Part shown: piece after piece, positions 8,565 through 18,419 of the stretch
Numbering within the stretch: the stretch's first letter is position 1
Layout: each line of letters begins with the position of its first letter
Assembly (NCBI GenBank): GCA_018056545.1
Contig: JAGPFL010000001.1
Span: forward strand, 11,574-75,573
DNA length: 64,000 bases
Source: Syntrophobacterales bacterium
GTDB taxonomy: Bacteria > Desulfobacterota > Syntrophia > Syntrophales > UBA8958
Reading direction: 5' to 3'
The notes under the pieces: model-generated
What the model was told of the DNA's origin: nothing
The model's input: only the letters and a program-made list of their open reading frames with translations
The model's database searches: none
Translations under genes and position numbers: made by a program

Positions 8565-9560
8565 TTGAAAGAGAAAACCTACATTCGGGAGATGCAGGCG
8601 GCCCGGGGGGCGGGCATTATCCTGGTCGCCCTCGGGCACAGCGAGCCCGTCCGGGAGGCGTATCCCCTGCTTTTTTCCTGGATTTACAGCTTTCACATGC
8701 CACTGTTTTTTCTTCTTTCCGGCTTCTTTTCTTCCCGCCTCACCCAGGGCGGCCCGGCGTGGGAGGTCGGGAAAAATGTCTTGCAGAGGGTTTCGTACCT
8801 ATTTGTCCCCTATCTTACGGTCAGCATCGCCTACGCCGCCCTGAAATACTTCGTTTCCCCCTTGGCCAAAAGGCCCGTCGGCCTGGCGAACCTTCCCTGG
8901 GACATCCTTCTTTATCCCGGCAACAACCCCGCCCTCTTTCTCTGGTTCATCTACGCCCTCATGATCATGTGGCTTTTGGCCCCCCTTCTGGCCCGTCTGC
9001 CGGCGGTTCTCCTCCTGCCCCTCCTGGCGCTGAGTCAGATGTTTTCGCCCGACATCCGGATTTTTGGTCTGGGCAACGTTTTTCATTTTGTCGTGTATTA
9101 TTATCTCGGCATCCTGGCGGCGGCAAGAAAAGATGCGATATTGGTATTTGTCGGCAAGGAGGTGGTCTGGGGGGGCTCCCTGGTGCTGCTTGTGGCCGGC
9201 AATCTCGTGACCCCGGTCCGGTTAATCCCCGGTTTTGAGATGACCGTGGCCGTCGCCGGGAGCGTTTGGATCATCTCCTGTTGTTTCGTCTGCCGGGAAA
9301 GGCTCCCCATGTCTTTTTTCGAAACTTGTGGGCGGTACTCGCTGCAGATCTATCTGCTGCAGTATTTCTTCATCTTTCCCCTCTATTTTCTCCTGAAATC
9401 CCGGGGCGTTCCCGGGGAAGGGATCGTCCCGGCGACCTTCGCCGCGGGGCTGCTCGCGCCGCTGGCCCTCTGCCGCTGGGTTTTCCCCCGCACCGCGGTG
9501 CTCGCTTTCCTGCTCGGCGGCCGTGACTTGGAGGGTCCGAAGGTCGGTCGTCGTTCATGA
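8565..9560 (+). CDS. Membrane O-acyltransferase (Acyl_transf_3 family)
   Basis: 331 aa, about 10 TM. ARGAGIILVALGHS and HMPLFFLLSGFF motifs; TTG start as in the ORF track. Confidence 0.75.
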   Translation: MKEKTYIREMQAARGAGIILVALGHSEPVREAYPLLFSWIYSFHMPLFFLLSGFFSSRLTQGGPAWEVGKNVLQRVSYLFVPYLTVSIAYAALKYFVSPLAKRPVGLANLPWDILLYPGNNPALFLWFIYALMIMWLLAPLLARLPAVLLLPLLALSQMFSPDIRIFGLGNVFHFVVYYYLGILAAARKDAILVFVGKEVVWGGSLVLLVAGNLVTPVRLIPGFEMTVAVAGSVWIISCCFVCRERLPMSFFETCGRYSLQIYLLQYFFIFPLYFLLKSRGVPGEGIVPATFAAGLLAPLALCRWVFPRTAVLAFLLGGRDLEGPKVGRRS

Positions 9561-9677
9561 TGACATAGGGCGAGTCTGGGGCAAGAATGACCCGCAAGGC
9601 TTACCCCGACAAAATATGTAGGGAGATGCTATGTCGTCGGCCCCTATGTGCACCGGGAGGAACGGGAGCGACCAGAA

Positions 9678-12110
9678 TCAATTGCCCGGGCGGGCCGCCA
9701 GGTATCCCCAAGCGAAGGCGTTGGGGGCGATGGTCTGGTGGATGGTGAATTCGCACATCAGGGGATGCCAGAACACATCCCAGTAATTTTCTATGATCGG
9801 CCACTTGTCCGCCTCGGGATAGCAATACTTGCCCGCCTCCTGGTGTTCGCGGTTTTTGCCTCTCCCGCTCCAGTTCGGGTCGAGGGGGCCGAACACGGTA
9901 AGGCCCTCCGGGGGCAACTGGCCGCTGAACCGGGAGTCAAAATGGAGGATATGACGGGGATTCTTGTGCCCAATGCCGGTGGTGTAGCACATATTCCGGG
10001 GGTTGGCGCCGGCCCCGGTCTGGGCGGCGAGGAGCACGGCCCTTAAATACTCTTCCTTTCCCGTCAGGACGTGGGCGAAGATCAAGCACAGGGCGTCCGG
10101 GGTGGTAAAGGCACCGGCGACGGCGGGGCGCCAGGGATTCTTCGCCAGCCGGAAGGCGACCTTCTCCTGGGCGGCGAGACGGATGGCCGCTTCCTCCAGG
10201 ATGGCCTCCCGGCACCGGCGCTGGAGAAGGGGATCGACGCCGCGGCCGGAGAGGCGGGCGTACACCCATGCCGCTTCCGACTGGTCATGATGGCCGTGCC
10301 AGACCAGGGGTTGTGAGGGGTTCCTGAAGACGGTGGTCGCTGCGAACAGTCTGTGCCATCCCGTCTCCCCGGTCAGCCGGAACAGCTCCACCGCCGCCAG
10401 ATTTCTGGCATCGCGGACCTCCGGAGGCCAACTATCCTCCCTTTTCTCCAGAAAGACCTTTTCCGCCCATACCGCCGCCCGTCGGGCGCTCTCTGCATAA
10501 ATCGCCCCCATACGGGGGTTCCTTCCCGGCCCCTGAAACCAGAACGCCGCCCGGGTGGCCGCCCCGGCATAGAGATAGGATGACCAGACATCGGGGGCGT
10601 ATGCCATCAGTATGCCCGTTTCCCGCCAGCTTGTCTCCCCGAACCGGGGATGCCGGGAGGATTCCACGCCGCCCCTGACCGCGCCGTCCCGGTCCTGAAG
10701 GCGGCGGAAGAAGTCGATCCCCCAGAGGGCCTCGTCGATGATGTCGGGAAAATCATCCTTTGTTTTTGGGATGTTGAGAGGAAGGCGGGAAAAATAATCG
10801 GGGAAGAGGAGGGCCAGATCGAGGAGCCTCCGGGCCCCTTCGAGATGCTGGATCCGTCGGTCCCAGTCCCCGGCGTCGCTGTATCCGCCCCAGGCATCCG
10901 GCAACAGTTGCTCCGTCCTGCCGGCGAGGAGGCGGGAAAAGGGCTCCTCCTCGTTCTGCAGAAAGCCATTGGTCGTCTCCATGAACGGGGTGGTAGATTG
11001 ATAGACCCGTTTCCCGTCTTCCGGATGCATGTTCCGCGGGCGCCGGTACCCGGTCCAGGGCGGCCCCAAGGCGATGCCGCTGCGTTGGTGATAGAACCCA
11101 CGTGCCGAGACGATGAAGGCCTTTTCCCATACCTTCGTTCCGATCTCGAAGGGATACGAGCAACCCACGTTTTCTACATACAGGCGGTAGAAGCCGGGGG
11201 TGCGCAAGGGGCTGAAATCCAGTTCATAGACGTCAACACCATTGAAATTTTTGCCGAATGCGTCTTCATCCAGTTCCCCCGCCTTCTTTGTCAGGCGGAT
11301 CTTTCCCCGCCAGACCTCTTTCTCCGTTCCTTGTTCGATGACCGAGAAAGGGGTTTCCTCCCGGAAGGCCATCCCGCCGCCGCTGCCCATCCAGAGCGAC
11401 AGGAATCCGGTTTTGACAGGATCGTCGGGGCGGAAGCCGAGGTGGTTCACATGGACGGCCTCGCTTCTCATGAGGCGGGGTTGCCAGGTGAAGTTGATCC
11501 CGGGCAGCTCCCCGCTGCGGAAGGTGAGACGGTAGGTAACCCCCTGTCGGAGGGGGCGGGAAAAGCGCAGATAAACGGTATGTTCCCGAGGTGCTTCCAG
11601 ACGTTCCCGGCTCACCCGCAGAAGATCGGCGGGGCGGCTCTTGCGATAAACCGTTGTCGGTATCAGCCCCTGGCCGATGGCGGCATCCTCGGACGATGTA
11701 AGTTGGTAGTTCTGCGGATCGTCAAGCCAACTGCCTGATATTCCTTCCCCCGCCAGACGGTCGAGGGGGACGAACCACTTAGCCCCGGGGCCCACCAGGA
11801 CGCCGACGATCCGGTCGCCCCGGATCAGCCAGTCGTTCCCTTCAGCGTCACGTTCGATCCGGTCTTCCGCCCGGCCCTCGTAAGGAAGCTGACGGCCCCG
11901 TTCCCCCGCGTGGGCGAAGACCACGCTGATGGTATCCGGTCCGATGGCGCCCACGGAAATATCGGCGGCGGGCTGCGTTTCAAGTCTCGCCGCCGGGGGT
12001 GGCGGGGAGCAGGAGGCGGTGGAAAAGGAAATGCCGGCCAAAGCGAGGAGCGATATAAAAAGCGATGGCAACAGACGGCCATTACTCCTTTTCCGGGACC
12101 ACATCGTCAC
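9678..12110 (-). CDS. Glycoside hydrolase family 9 lipoprotein with N-terminal Ig-like domain
   Basis: 810 aa. Lipoprotein signal LLALAGISFSTASC. GH9-type segments WGGYSDAGDWDRR, TTGIGHKNPRHILH and CEFTIHQTIAPNAF. The GTG start overlaps the upstream stop (GTGA). Confidence 0.8.
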   Translation of the reverse strand: MTMWSRKRSNGRLLPSLFISLLALAGISFSTASCSPPPPAARLETQPAADISVGAIGPDTISVVFAHAGERGRQLPYEGRAEDRIERDAEGNDWLIRGDRIVGVLVGPGAKWFVPLDRLAGEGISGSWLDDPQNYQLTSSEDAAIGQGLIPTTVYRKSRPADLLRVSRERLEAPREHTVYLRFSRPLRQGVTYRLTFRSGELPGINFTWQPRLMRSEAVHVNHLGFRPDDPVKTGFLSLWMGSGGGMAFREETPFSVIEQGTEKEVWRGKIRLTKKAGELDEDAFGKNFNGVDVYELDFSPLRTPGFYRLYVENVGCSYPFEIGTKVWEKAFIVSARGFYHQRSGIALGPPWTGYRRPRNMHPEDGKRVYQSTTPFMETTNGFLQNEEEPFSRLLAGRTEQLLPDAWGGYSDAGDWDRRIQHLEGARRLLDLALLFPDYFSRLPLNIPKTKDDFPDIIDEALWGIDFFRRLQDRDGAVRGGVESSRHPRFGETSWRETGILMAYAPDVWSSYLYAGAATRAAFWFQGPGRNPRMGAIYAESARRAAVWAEKVFLEKREDSWPPEVRDARNLAAVELFRLTGETGWHRLFAATTVFRNPSQPLVWHGHHDQSEAAWVYARLSGRGVDPLLQRRCREAILEEAAIRLAAQEKVAFRLAKNPWRPAVAGAFTTPDALCLIFAHVLTGKEEYLRAVLLAAQTGAGANPRNMCYTTGIGHKNPRHILHFDSRFSGQLPPEGLTVFGPLDPNWSGRGKNREHQEAGKYCYPEADKWPIIENYWDVFWHPLMCEFTIHQTIAPNAFAWGYLAARPGN

Positions 12111-12679
12111 TCCGTGACCTTGCCGGCATTGGCCGGGGAATCGGGTTCCACATGGACCTCGCTGCCGCCGAAATAGGGGAAATCATCCCCTTGGTGACAA
12201 ACTATGTTCGGTACGGCCACCCAGTAGCAGGTATGGAAATTGACGGGACGGACGGGAATCATGGCGAAGGAGAAACCGTCGCAGTGAAACTCCGGCAGCC
12301 GTCCCCCCTGGAGAACCGCCTGGTCGGGGTTGTTGACGAAGGTATCCAGATCGTGTTGACAGGAGAAAACCGGGGTTCCCTTAGTCAGGGGGACGAACTT
12401 CTTCTCCTGCATCATCTTGACGAAGTGGATGTGGAGGGGGTCGTTGTGAAGATCGATGTCCTTCAGGGGCTGGGAGAATTCGGATTCTCTGGGCATCAGG
12501 GTGCTGTAGGTCCTGTTCTCATGGGCGAAATAGCGGCAGACCCTTTCCACCTGGTAGGGTTGCAGCACCCCGAAGCAGTTTTTGGAGATGTAGCAGCGAC
12601 CGGCGAGAGTCGGGATCGGGGTCAGGATAATCAGGCAGGCGGCCGCAATCAGAAGTGCTTTTATGACGATGGTCTTCAT
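12107..12679 (-). CDS. Exported Cys-rich hypothetical protein
   Basis: ORF 12107..12721, with the start moved to ATG 12679 (signal peptide MKTIVIKALLIAAACLIIL). That ATG overlaps the Wzx-GNAT stop as ATGA. 190 aa, 8 Cys, no motif I recognise. Confidence 0.55.
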   Translation of the reverse strand: MKTIVIKALLIAAACLIILTPIPTLAGRCYISKNCFGVLQPYQVERVCRYFAHENRTYSTLMPRESEFSQPLKDIDLHNDPLHIHFVKMMQEKKFVPLTKGTPVFSCQHDLDTFVNNPDQAVLQGGRLPEFHCDGFSFAMIPVRPVNFHTCYWVAVPNIVCHQGDDFPYFGGSEVHVEPDSPANAGKVTE

Positions 12680-14691
12680 TCGGGCATCCCTCTGCCGATC
12701 TTGTTCATGATCCAGGGCCAACGAAAGAAACTCACCAAAGAATTATACACCGGCCGGACCCCTCTGCTCAAATAGAAATGGAGGGCCGGCAGACGAAAAT
12801 CGTCGGTCAACATCAGGATCTCTTCATAGCCTGCTTCGGGAAAATAGGCAAGGGTCCGGAAAAAAAGCACCTCCGCCAGTCCCCGATGGCGATGCTCCGG
12901 ATGGATGAAGAACCACGATCCGTAACCTCTTTTTCTGGTCGTGGAGGCGTCCTGACAGGCGCAGAAGCAGCCGACCAGACGCCCCCGGAAATAGATCAGC
13001 GTCGCCGCCCCGGGAGCCACCAGACAGTCCACGATTTCCCTCTGTACCCGGGCGGCGTCCCACTTTCCGAAGCTGCCGTCGGTGTTGAGAAGCGCAGCCC
13101 ATTCGTCATAGTCCGTATCGGCATCGGGGGAAGCGACCCGATATTCGCCGGGTAGCGTCCATTGCCTCCCCCTTCCCCGTTGTGCCACTTCTTTTGGGAC
13201 CCGCAGCATGAGCTGGGGGAAGTAGATGAAACCGGCCAGATATTTCAAGATCCTCCCCAAGTGGCGCAAATCGTCCCCAAAATCGAGGCAGGAGATGAAT
13301 TTTGCCATCCCTTCCCGGGGCAGCAGGCGGAACAGGAGCACCGCACCGATGTAGGCGCCGAGGGCGACGGAAATATGGATGAGCGGGGGCAGCCAATCCG
13401 GCCGGTGGTGGAGGAAAAGGCACAAGCCGGCGTTGACGATGACGATTTTCAGCCAGTTTCCGGGTCGGAGGACATTACCGAAATGACGGATAACGAAACC
13501 GGCGGTGATGGACATGAGGAAGATCTCGCAGGCCAGGGCGGCCCAGGCCGAGCCGGCGGCGCCCTGGGAGGGGACGAACAGGTAGTTGAGGGCGATGCTC
13601 AACAGGGCGCCGGCACCGGTGCTCCAGGAGGCGAAATGGACTACCCCCAGGGCGACGGCCAGGGCGGTGAAAAAAAGGGAATAACAGATCAGGAGCCCCA
13701 CCCAGGCCAGGATGTCGAGGACGGGGGCGGCGGGGATAAAGGCCGGGCCGTAGAGGAGACACAGGATCTCGGCAGAGACGAGGGGGCACAGGAGGGCCAC
13801 GGGGATGCCGAAGACGGCCAGGACCTCGAGGGTCAGGGAGAACTCCTCTTTAAGAACCGCCCTTTCCGTTTCCATCCGGGCCGCATAGATGGGGATGAAG
13901 GGACCGGTGATCATCGCCGCGCCCATGGCCGTAAGTTCGACGAACTTGAAGGCGGCGTTGAACAGTCCGACCTCCGCCATGGATCGGAGGTCTTCGAGGA
14001 CGAAGATCGCCGCCCGGCCGGCGATGATCGTGAAGATCGAGGCGATCCCCAGGGGGGCGGCGACGGCGAGGATCCTCTTCAGCCACGGCCAGGCGACGGC
14101 GAAGCGGGGCCGGAGGATCCGCAGGGAGACCCCGAAGGCGGCGGCCAGATAAACGGCGTTCGCCAGACCGTAGGCCGTAATCAGCCAGAGGAGGGAGGGG
14201 TGGAGCCAGAAGGCCAGGCCGGAAAGGAGGAGGAAACTGCTGCCGTAGACCAGGGAGGTGGCGGAAGAGTACCAGGGGCCGTGGAAGACCTGATAGACCG
14301 GTTCGAAGAAGCGACTGGCCAGAAAAGGGATGAACAGGGCCCCGACAACCAGTACCGGGTGGAGGTCCAAGGTGAGAAAGGGCAGGGTCGCCACCGCCAG
14401 GATAGTTACCAGGACGCTGATCGCCAGACGCAGGACGAGATAATTACCCCAGTAGACCGCTTTGGCTTCGACCTGGGCGATGTCCTTTCCCAGCACGGAG
14501 GTCATGCCGAAATCCGCCACGGCGACGGCGACGGCCAGGAAGGAAAGGACATAGGAGTACTGCCCGAAGAATTCGGCGCCGCACAGCCGGGCAACGAGGA
14601 CAAAAACCAGCAGATTGGCCCCGAAGGTCGCGCCTTTGCCGACTCCCTGGGCGACGACGTTGGTGACGTAATTTTTGATGGTCGCCGCCAC
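12676..14691 (-). CDS. Wzx-type (MOP superfamily) polysaccharide flippase fused to a C-terminal GNAT-like acetyltransferase domain
   Basis: ORF 12676..14991. The first 100 codons overlap degT and are Arg/Pro-rich, so I moved the start to GTG 14691 (GGAGA 6 nt upstream). The protein then begins AATIKNYVTNVVAQG, as Wzx proteins do. About 12-14 TM, followed by a soluble ~150 aa with GNAT-like LIYFRGRLVGCFCA...WFFIHPEHRHRGLAEVLF. Confidence 0.75.
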   Translation of the reverse strand: MAATIKNYVTNVVAQGVGKGATFGANLLVFVLVARLCGAEFFGQYSYVLSFLAVAVAVADFGMTSVLGKDIAQVEAKAVYWGNYLVLRLAISVLVTILAVATLPFLTLDLHPVLVVGALFIPFLASRFFEPVYQVFHGPWYSSATSLVYGSSFLLLSGLAFWLHPSLLWLITAYGLANAVYLAAAFGVSLRILRPRFAVAWPWLKRILAVAAPLGIASIFTIIAGRAAIFVLEDLRSMAEVGLFNAAFKFVELTAMGAAMITGPFIPIYAARMETERAVLKEEFSLTLEVLAVFGIPVALLCPLVSAEILCLLYGPAFIPAAPVLDILAWVGLLICYSLFFTALAVALGVVHFASWSTGAGALLSIALNYLFVPSQGAAGSAWAALACEIFLMSITAGFVIRHFGNVLRPGNWLKIVIVNAGLCLFLHHRPDWLPPLIHISVALGAYIGAVLLFRLLPREGMAKFISCLDFGDDLRHLGRILKYLAGFIYFPQLMLRVPKEVAQRGRGRQWTLPGEYRVASPDADTDYDEWAALLNTDGSFGKWDAARVQREIVDCLVAPGAATLIYFRGRLVGCFCACQDASTTRKRGYGSWFFIHPEHRHRGLAEVLFFRTLAYFPEAGYEEILMLTDDFRLPALHFYLSRGVRPVYNSLVSFFRWPWIMNKIGRGMPE

Positions 14692-14809
14692 GATCAGTCT
14701 CCGGGAAACAGGTGATTGTTCGCAGACCACAGCGGCCGGCGCCGCCGCGGGGCCGTTTTCCTTGGCCCCTTCCGACGGTGCCGGCCGGCGCCGGCGGTGG
14801 TCGGGACGA

Positions 14810-16039
14810 TCATGCCAGCACCCGGCGAAAGGCCGTGATGACGTCGGCCACATCGGCGTCGGTGAGGGCCGGCGACAACGGCAGGGAAATGGTGCGGGCG
14901 CCGATCCATTCCGCCTGGGGAAACATCCCCTCCTTCCAGCCGTAGGTCTTGCGGTAGAAAGGATGGGAGTGGATGGGCAGATAATGGACACCGACGCCGA
15001 TATTCTCTTTCCCCATGGCCTCCAGGACCCAGTCCCGGGACCTGCCCAGCCGTTCCGTATCGATCAGAGGCGTGTAAAGATGGTAGGCATGACGGGTGTC
15101 CGGCTCCGGCGGTGCGGGGAGGAAACAGGGCAGGTCGGCGAAGGCGTCGTTGTAAGTCTTCCAGATCTCCTCGCGCCGCCGCCAGTTGTCTTCGATCCTC
15201 GCCAACTGGTGGATCCCCAGGGCGGCCTGGAGGTCCATCATATTGTACTTGAAGCCCCCGAAGACCACCTGGTAGTGACGGTAGCCTGCATCGGAGAAGC
15301 GTTTCCAGGCGTCCTTGCTCATCCCGTGGAGGGCGAGCATCTTGAGGCGGTTGGCGGTGCGCTCGTCATCGGTGACCACCATGCCACCTTCACCGGTGGT
15401 CATGTTCTTGGTCACATAGAAGCTGAAACAGCCCATGTCGCCGTCCGTCCCCGCCTTGCGGCCCCGGTATTCGCTCTCGATGGCATGGGCGCAGTCTTCG
15501 ATGATCATGAGGTCGTAACTCTTCGCCAGATCGAGCAGCGGGTCCATGTCACAGCACCGGCCGGCGAAGTGGACGGGCAGGATCGCCCTGGTCCGGGCCG
15601 TGATCTTCTCCTCGACGAGGGCGGGGGAGATATTCATGTTTTTACGGTCGCAGTCCGCCAGCACCGGGGTGGCCCCGCAATGGATGATGGCGTTGACGGT
15701 GGCGCAGAAGGTCATGGGGGTGGTGATTACCTCGTCGCCCGGCCCGACCCCCGAGGCCAGCATGGACAGATGGAGGGCGGCGGTGCAGGAATGGACGGCG
15801 AGGGCATGCCGCTTGCCCTTGTAGGCCGCGAAGGCCTCCTCGAATTCGTGGGCCCGGGGGCCCGTGCCGATCCAGCCGCTCTTCAGACACGCGACCACCG
15901 CGGCAATTTCCTCGTCGCAAATCTTGGGCGCCCCGAAGACCAGGAAATTCTCCGGATTCCGCACCGGTACCCCGCCGGCGATCGCGGCTTTTTGCACTCC
16001 CCTTCCGGCTCTTTTTCTCTTTCCTTTTTCCGGCATCAT
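14810..16039 (-). CDS. DegT/DnrJ/EryC1/StrS-family sugar aminotransferase
   Basis: ORF 14810..16084, with the start moved to ATG 16039 (AGGAGG RBS). Motifs HSCTAALHL, DEVITTPMTF and FSFYVTKNMTTGEGG (PLP-lysine region). Confidence 0.85.
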   Translation of the reverse strand: MMPEKGKRKRAGRGVQKAAIAGGVPVRNPENFLVFGAPKICDEEIAAVVACLKSGWIGTGPRAHEFEEAFAAYKGKRHALAVHSCTAALHLSMLASGVGPGDEVITTPMTFCATVNAIIHCGATPVLADCDRKNMNISPALVEEKITARTRAILPVHFAGRCCDMDPLLDLAKSYDLMIIEDCAHAIESEYRGRKAGTDGDMGCFSFYVTKNMTTGEGGMVVTDDERTANRLKMLALHGMSKDAWKRFSDAGYRHYQVVFGGFKYNMMDLQAALGIHQLARIEDNWRRREEIWKTYNDAFADLPCFLPAPPEPDTRHAYHLYTPLIDTERLGRSRDWVLEAMGKENIGVGVHYLPIHSHPFYRKTYGWKEGMFPQAEWIGARTISLPLSPALTDADVADVITAFRRVLA

Positions 16040-16275
16040 GTTCGACCTCCTCGCACCCTGATTATCCCTTTCATATCCCCCCACCTATGATTTCATAAAA
16101 CTTTTGATACTATTCCCTATCATAAACCATCTTTCTTTTTTCCTTGATCGCCCCCTCCCGCCGGCCAGGGGAAATTCCGGTGGGGACGTACCGCCCTGTG
16201 TCGGTCATCCCTCTTGTCGTGGCGCTTTCCGTCTGCGGGCCCGCGTCTTGGGAAGTCCTTTGCGGGATGAAAGGC

Positions 16276-17403
16276 TCAACCGGACAACTCCGCGACGATC
16301 TCCAGAAATTTCGTCGCCGTCCGCCGCCAGGTGAACTCCGCGGCTCTGGCCAGACCGCGGACGATCATCTCCCTGCGCCGGTCGCCGTCGTCGAGCACGG
16401 CCTCCATGGCGGCGCATATCTCCCGGTGCTCGTTCGGATTCACCATGATCGCCGCATCGCCCACCACTTCGGGCAGGGAGGTGGTGTTCGAGGTCACGAC
16501 GGGACAGCCGCAGGCCATGGCCTCCAGGCAGGGCAGGCCGAACCCCTCGAAGAGGCTGGGATAGACGAAGAGGGCCGCCGTGCCGTAGAGGAGCGGGAGA
16601 TGCCCGTCGGGGACGTAGCCGGTGAAGACCACGTCCTCCCGGTACGGGGAGGAGTCGATCGTCGCCATGTCCTCGGCGGGGAGGAAATCCCGGCGTCCCA
16701 CGACGACGAGTTGGTGCGGACGTGTCCCCCGCCGCTTGAATTCATTGAAGGCCGCGATGAGGGCCTGCAGGTTCTTTCTCCGGTTGAGACGGCCGATATA
16801 GAGGAGAAAATCCTTCCCGATGCCGTAACCCGTGAGGATCTTCTCCGCTTCCCCACGGTCTTCCAAGGGGCGGAACAGGGGGTTCACGCCGTTGTAGCCC
16901 ACGACGATCTTTTCCGGCGCCGCCCCGTAAACGGCCACCATATCCTGCTTGGAGTACTCCGATACGGTCAGGACCCGGGCGGCCCGGTGGAGGTAAAAGG
17001 GGATGAAGATTTCGTTCTTGAGACGCTCCCGGAAGGGAAAACAGTCGGGCAGATGGTGATAGGAGATATCGTGGACAGTGACCACTAACTTCCCCCGGTA
17101 AACGGGCGGGGCGTAATAATTGACATGGAAAATGTCGGGGCGGTCCCGGAAGGTCGCCCGGGCCAGACCGAGCATCCGGGCCGGGGCCCAACTCCCCGGG
17201 ACTGGGGAAAGCACGGCGTTCTTACAGGTGCGGAACCGTTCGTAGTAGGGATGGGCGGGCTGGGTGATATAGAGGAGATAAAGACGCTCGTGGTCCATCG
17301 CCAATACGCTCTCCACGAGATTGCGCATGTAGGTGCAATTCCCCGTGCCTTCCCGCTCGGCGTAATGAAAGTCGATGCCGATCTTCGCCTTACCAGCCAT
17401 CAC
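16276..17403 (-). CDS. Glycosyltransferase family 4
   Basis: 375 aa. C-terminal GT4 motif PSLFEGFGLPCLEAMACGCPVV. Confidence 0.8.
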   Translation of the reverse strand: MMAGKAKIGIDFHYAEREGTGNCTYMRNLVESVLAMDHERLYLLYITQPAHPYYERFRTCKNAVLSPVPGSWAPARMLGLARATFRDRPDIFHVNYYAPPVYRGKLVVTVHDISYHHLPDCFPFRERLKNEIFIPFYLHRAARVLTVSEYSKQDMVAVYGAAPEKIVVGYNGVNPLFRPLEDRGEAEKILTGYGIGKDFLLYIGRLNRRKNLQALIAAFNEFKRRGTRPHQLVVVGRRDFLPAEDMATIDSSPYREDVVFTGYVPDGHLPLLYGTAALFVYPSLFEGFGLPCLEAMACGCPVVTSNTTSLPEVVGDAAIMVNPNEHREICAAMEAVLDDGDRRREMIVRGLARAAEFTWRRTATKFLEIVAELSG

Positions 17404-18403
17404 CGTCCCGGACCTGATGGTATAGGGCTACATAGTCCGCCGCCATCCGTTCGGCGCGGTAACGCTCCTCGGCGTACTGCCTACAGATCCGGGGATCGAT
17501 GCGGCCGATATCTGCCATGGCGGCGGCGAGGTCGCCGGCGTTTTTACAAAGATAACCGTTGATTCCCGGATCGATCTGTTCCGGGATGCCTCCCTCCCCC
17601 AGGGCGATGACCGGGGTTCCCGAGGCGAAAGATTCGAGGATCACCAGGGGAAAGGCGTCGAACCACCGGGGGGTCTGGATCAGGGCCCGGGCCCGCCGGA
17701 GGGCATCGTTGGTTCCGTGGAGCTCTCCTATGTAACTGACATACTTGGGAAAAAGGAAGGTGAGGGGCCTGATGACGCCGTAATAATAGGCCTTGTCCTC
17801 CACGTTGCCCGCCACGGCCAGGCGGGAACCGCTTCGGACGGCGGCGAGAATGGCCAGATGCTGCCCCTTGTAACGGGCGATCTTGGAGATGTGGATGAAG
17901 TGCTCCTCTTTCTCGAAATCGTAGCGGTAGCTTTCCAGATCGAGGCCGTAATAGACATATTTGGTCGTGCCGCCGCAGAGACGGGCGTGGGCCCGGCTGC
18001 AGGCGACGAGGTTGCGGCGCCGGAAATCCGGGGGCGGGGGGATGCAGGTGGAGACGATAAAGGGAAAATCCTCGGGATGACGGCGAACGAAGAGACTCTC
18101 GAAGGACCAGTCATGGATCACGTCCACGGGGTTTTCCCGCAGGTACTCCCGCATCGTTTCGTAGAGGGGTTCCTCGGAAACGGCGTCGGACTTCTTGATG
18201 ATCCCGCTGGGGGCCCGGGCGGGATCGTAGGCCGGGACGACAACGGTCTTCCCGGAGCAGTAGCTTCCGGGGGTGGCGAACATCACGACCTCGTGTCCCC
18301 CGCGGACCAGGGCCTCCACGAGGTTGTAAACCACCCGCTCGATGCCCCCGTAGGCTGGCGGCGGCGTCTGCTTGAACATGATGGAAACGACAGCGATTTT
18401 CAT
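17390..18403 (-). CDS. Glycosyltransferase family 4
   Basis: 337 aa. MKIAVVS...PPPAYGGIERVV and FDAFPLVILESFASGTPVIA. The 3' end overlaps the next gene start by 14 nt. Confidence 0.8.
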   Translation of the reverse strand: MKIAVVSIMFKQTPPPAYGGIERVVYNLVEALVRGGHEVVMFATPGSYCSGKTVVVPAYDPARAPSGIIKKSDAVSEEPLYETMREYLRENPVDVIHDWSFESLFVRRHPEDFPFIVSTCIPPPPDFRRRNLVACSRAHARLCGGTTKYVYYGLDLESYRYDFEKEEHFIHISKIARYKGQHLAILAAVRSGSRLAVAGNVEDKAYYYGVIRPLTFLFPKYVSYIGELHGTNDALRRARALIQTPRWFDAFPLVILESFASGTPVIALGEGGIPEQIDPGINGYLCKNAGDLAAAMADIGRIDPRICRQYAEERYRAERMAADYVALYHQVRDGDGW

Positions 18404-18419
18404 GGTCTTGTCTCCATGA

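Noticed and set aside
14692-14991. The N-terminal 100 codons of the 771-aa version of the flippase ORF
   Set aside because: This stretch overlaps the 3' end of degT by about 180 nt and is Arg/Pro-rich nonsense. A GTG with a GGAGA RBS at 14691 gives the canonical Wzx N-terminus.
13162-16090. Two long plus-strand ORFs (13162..14715, 14675..16090) antisense to the Wzx-GNAT and DegT genes
   Set aside because: Their translations are Gly/Asp/Glu/Arg-rich with no TM helices or motifs. The minus-strand products have clear family signatures and coupled start/stop overlaps.
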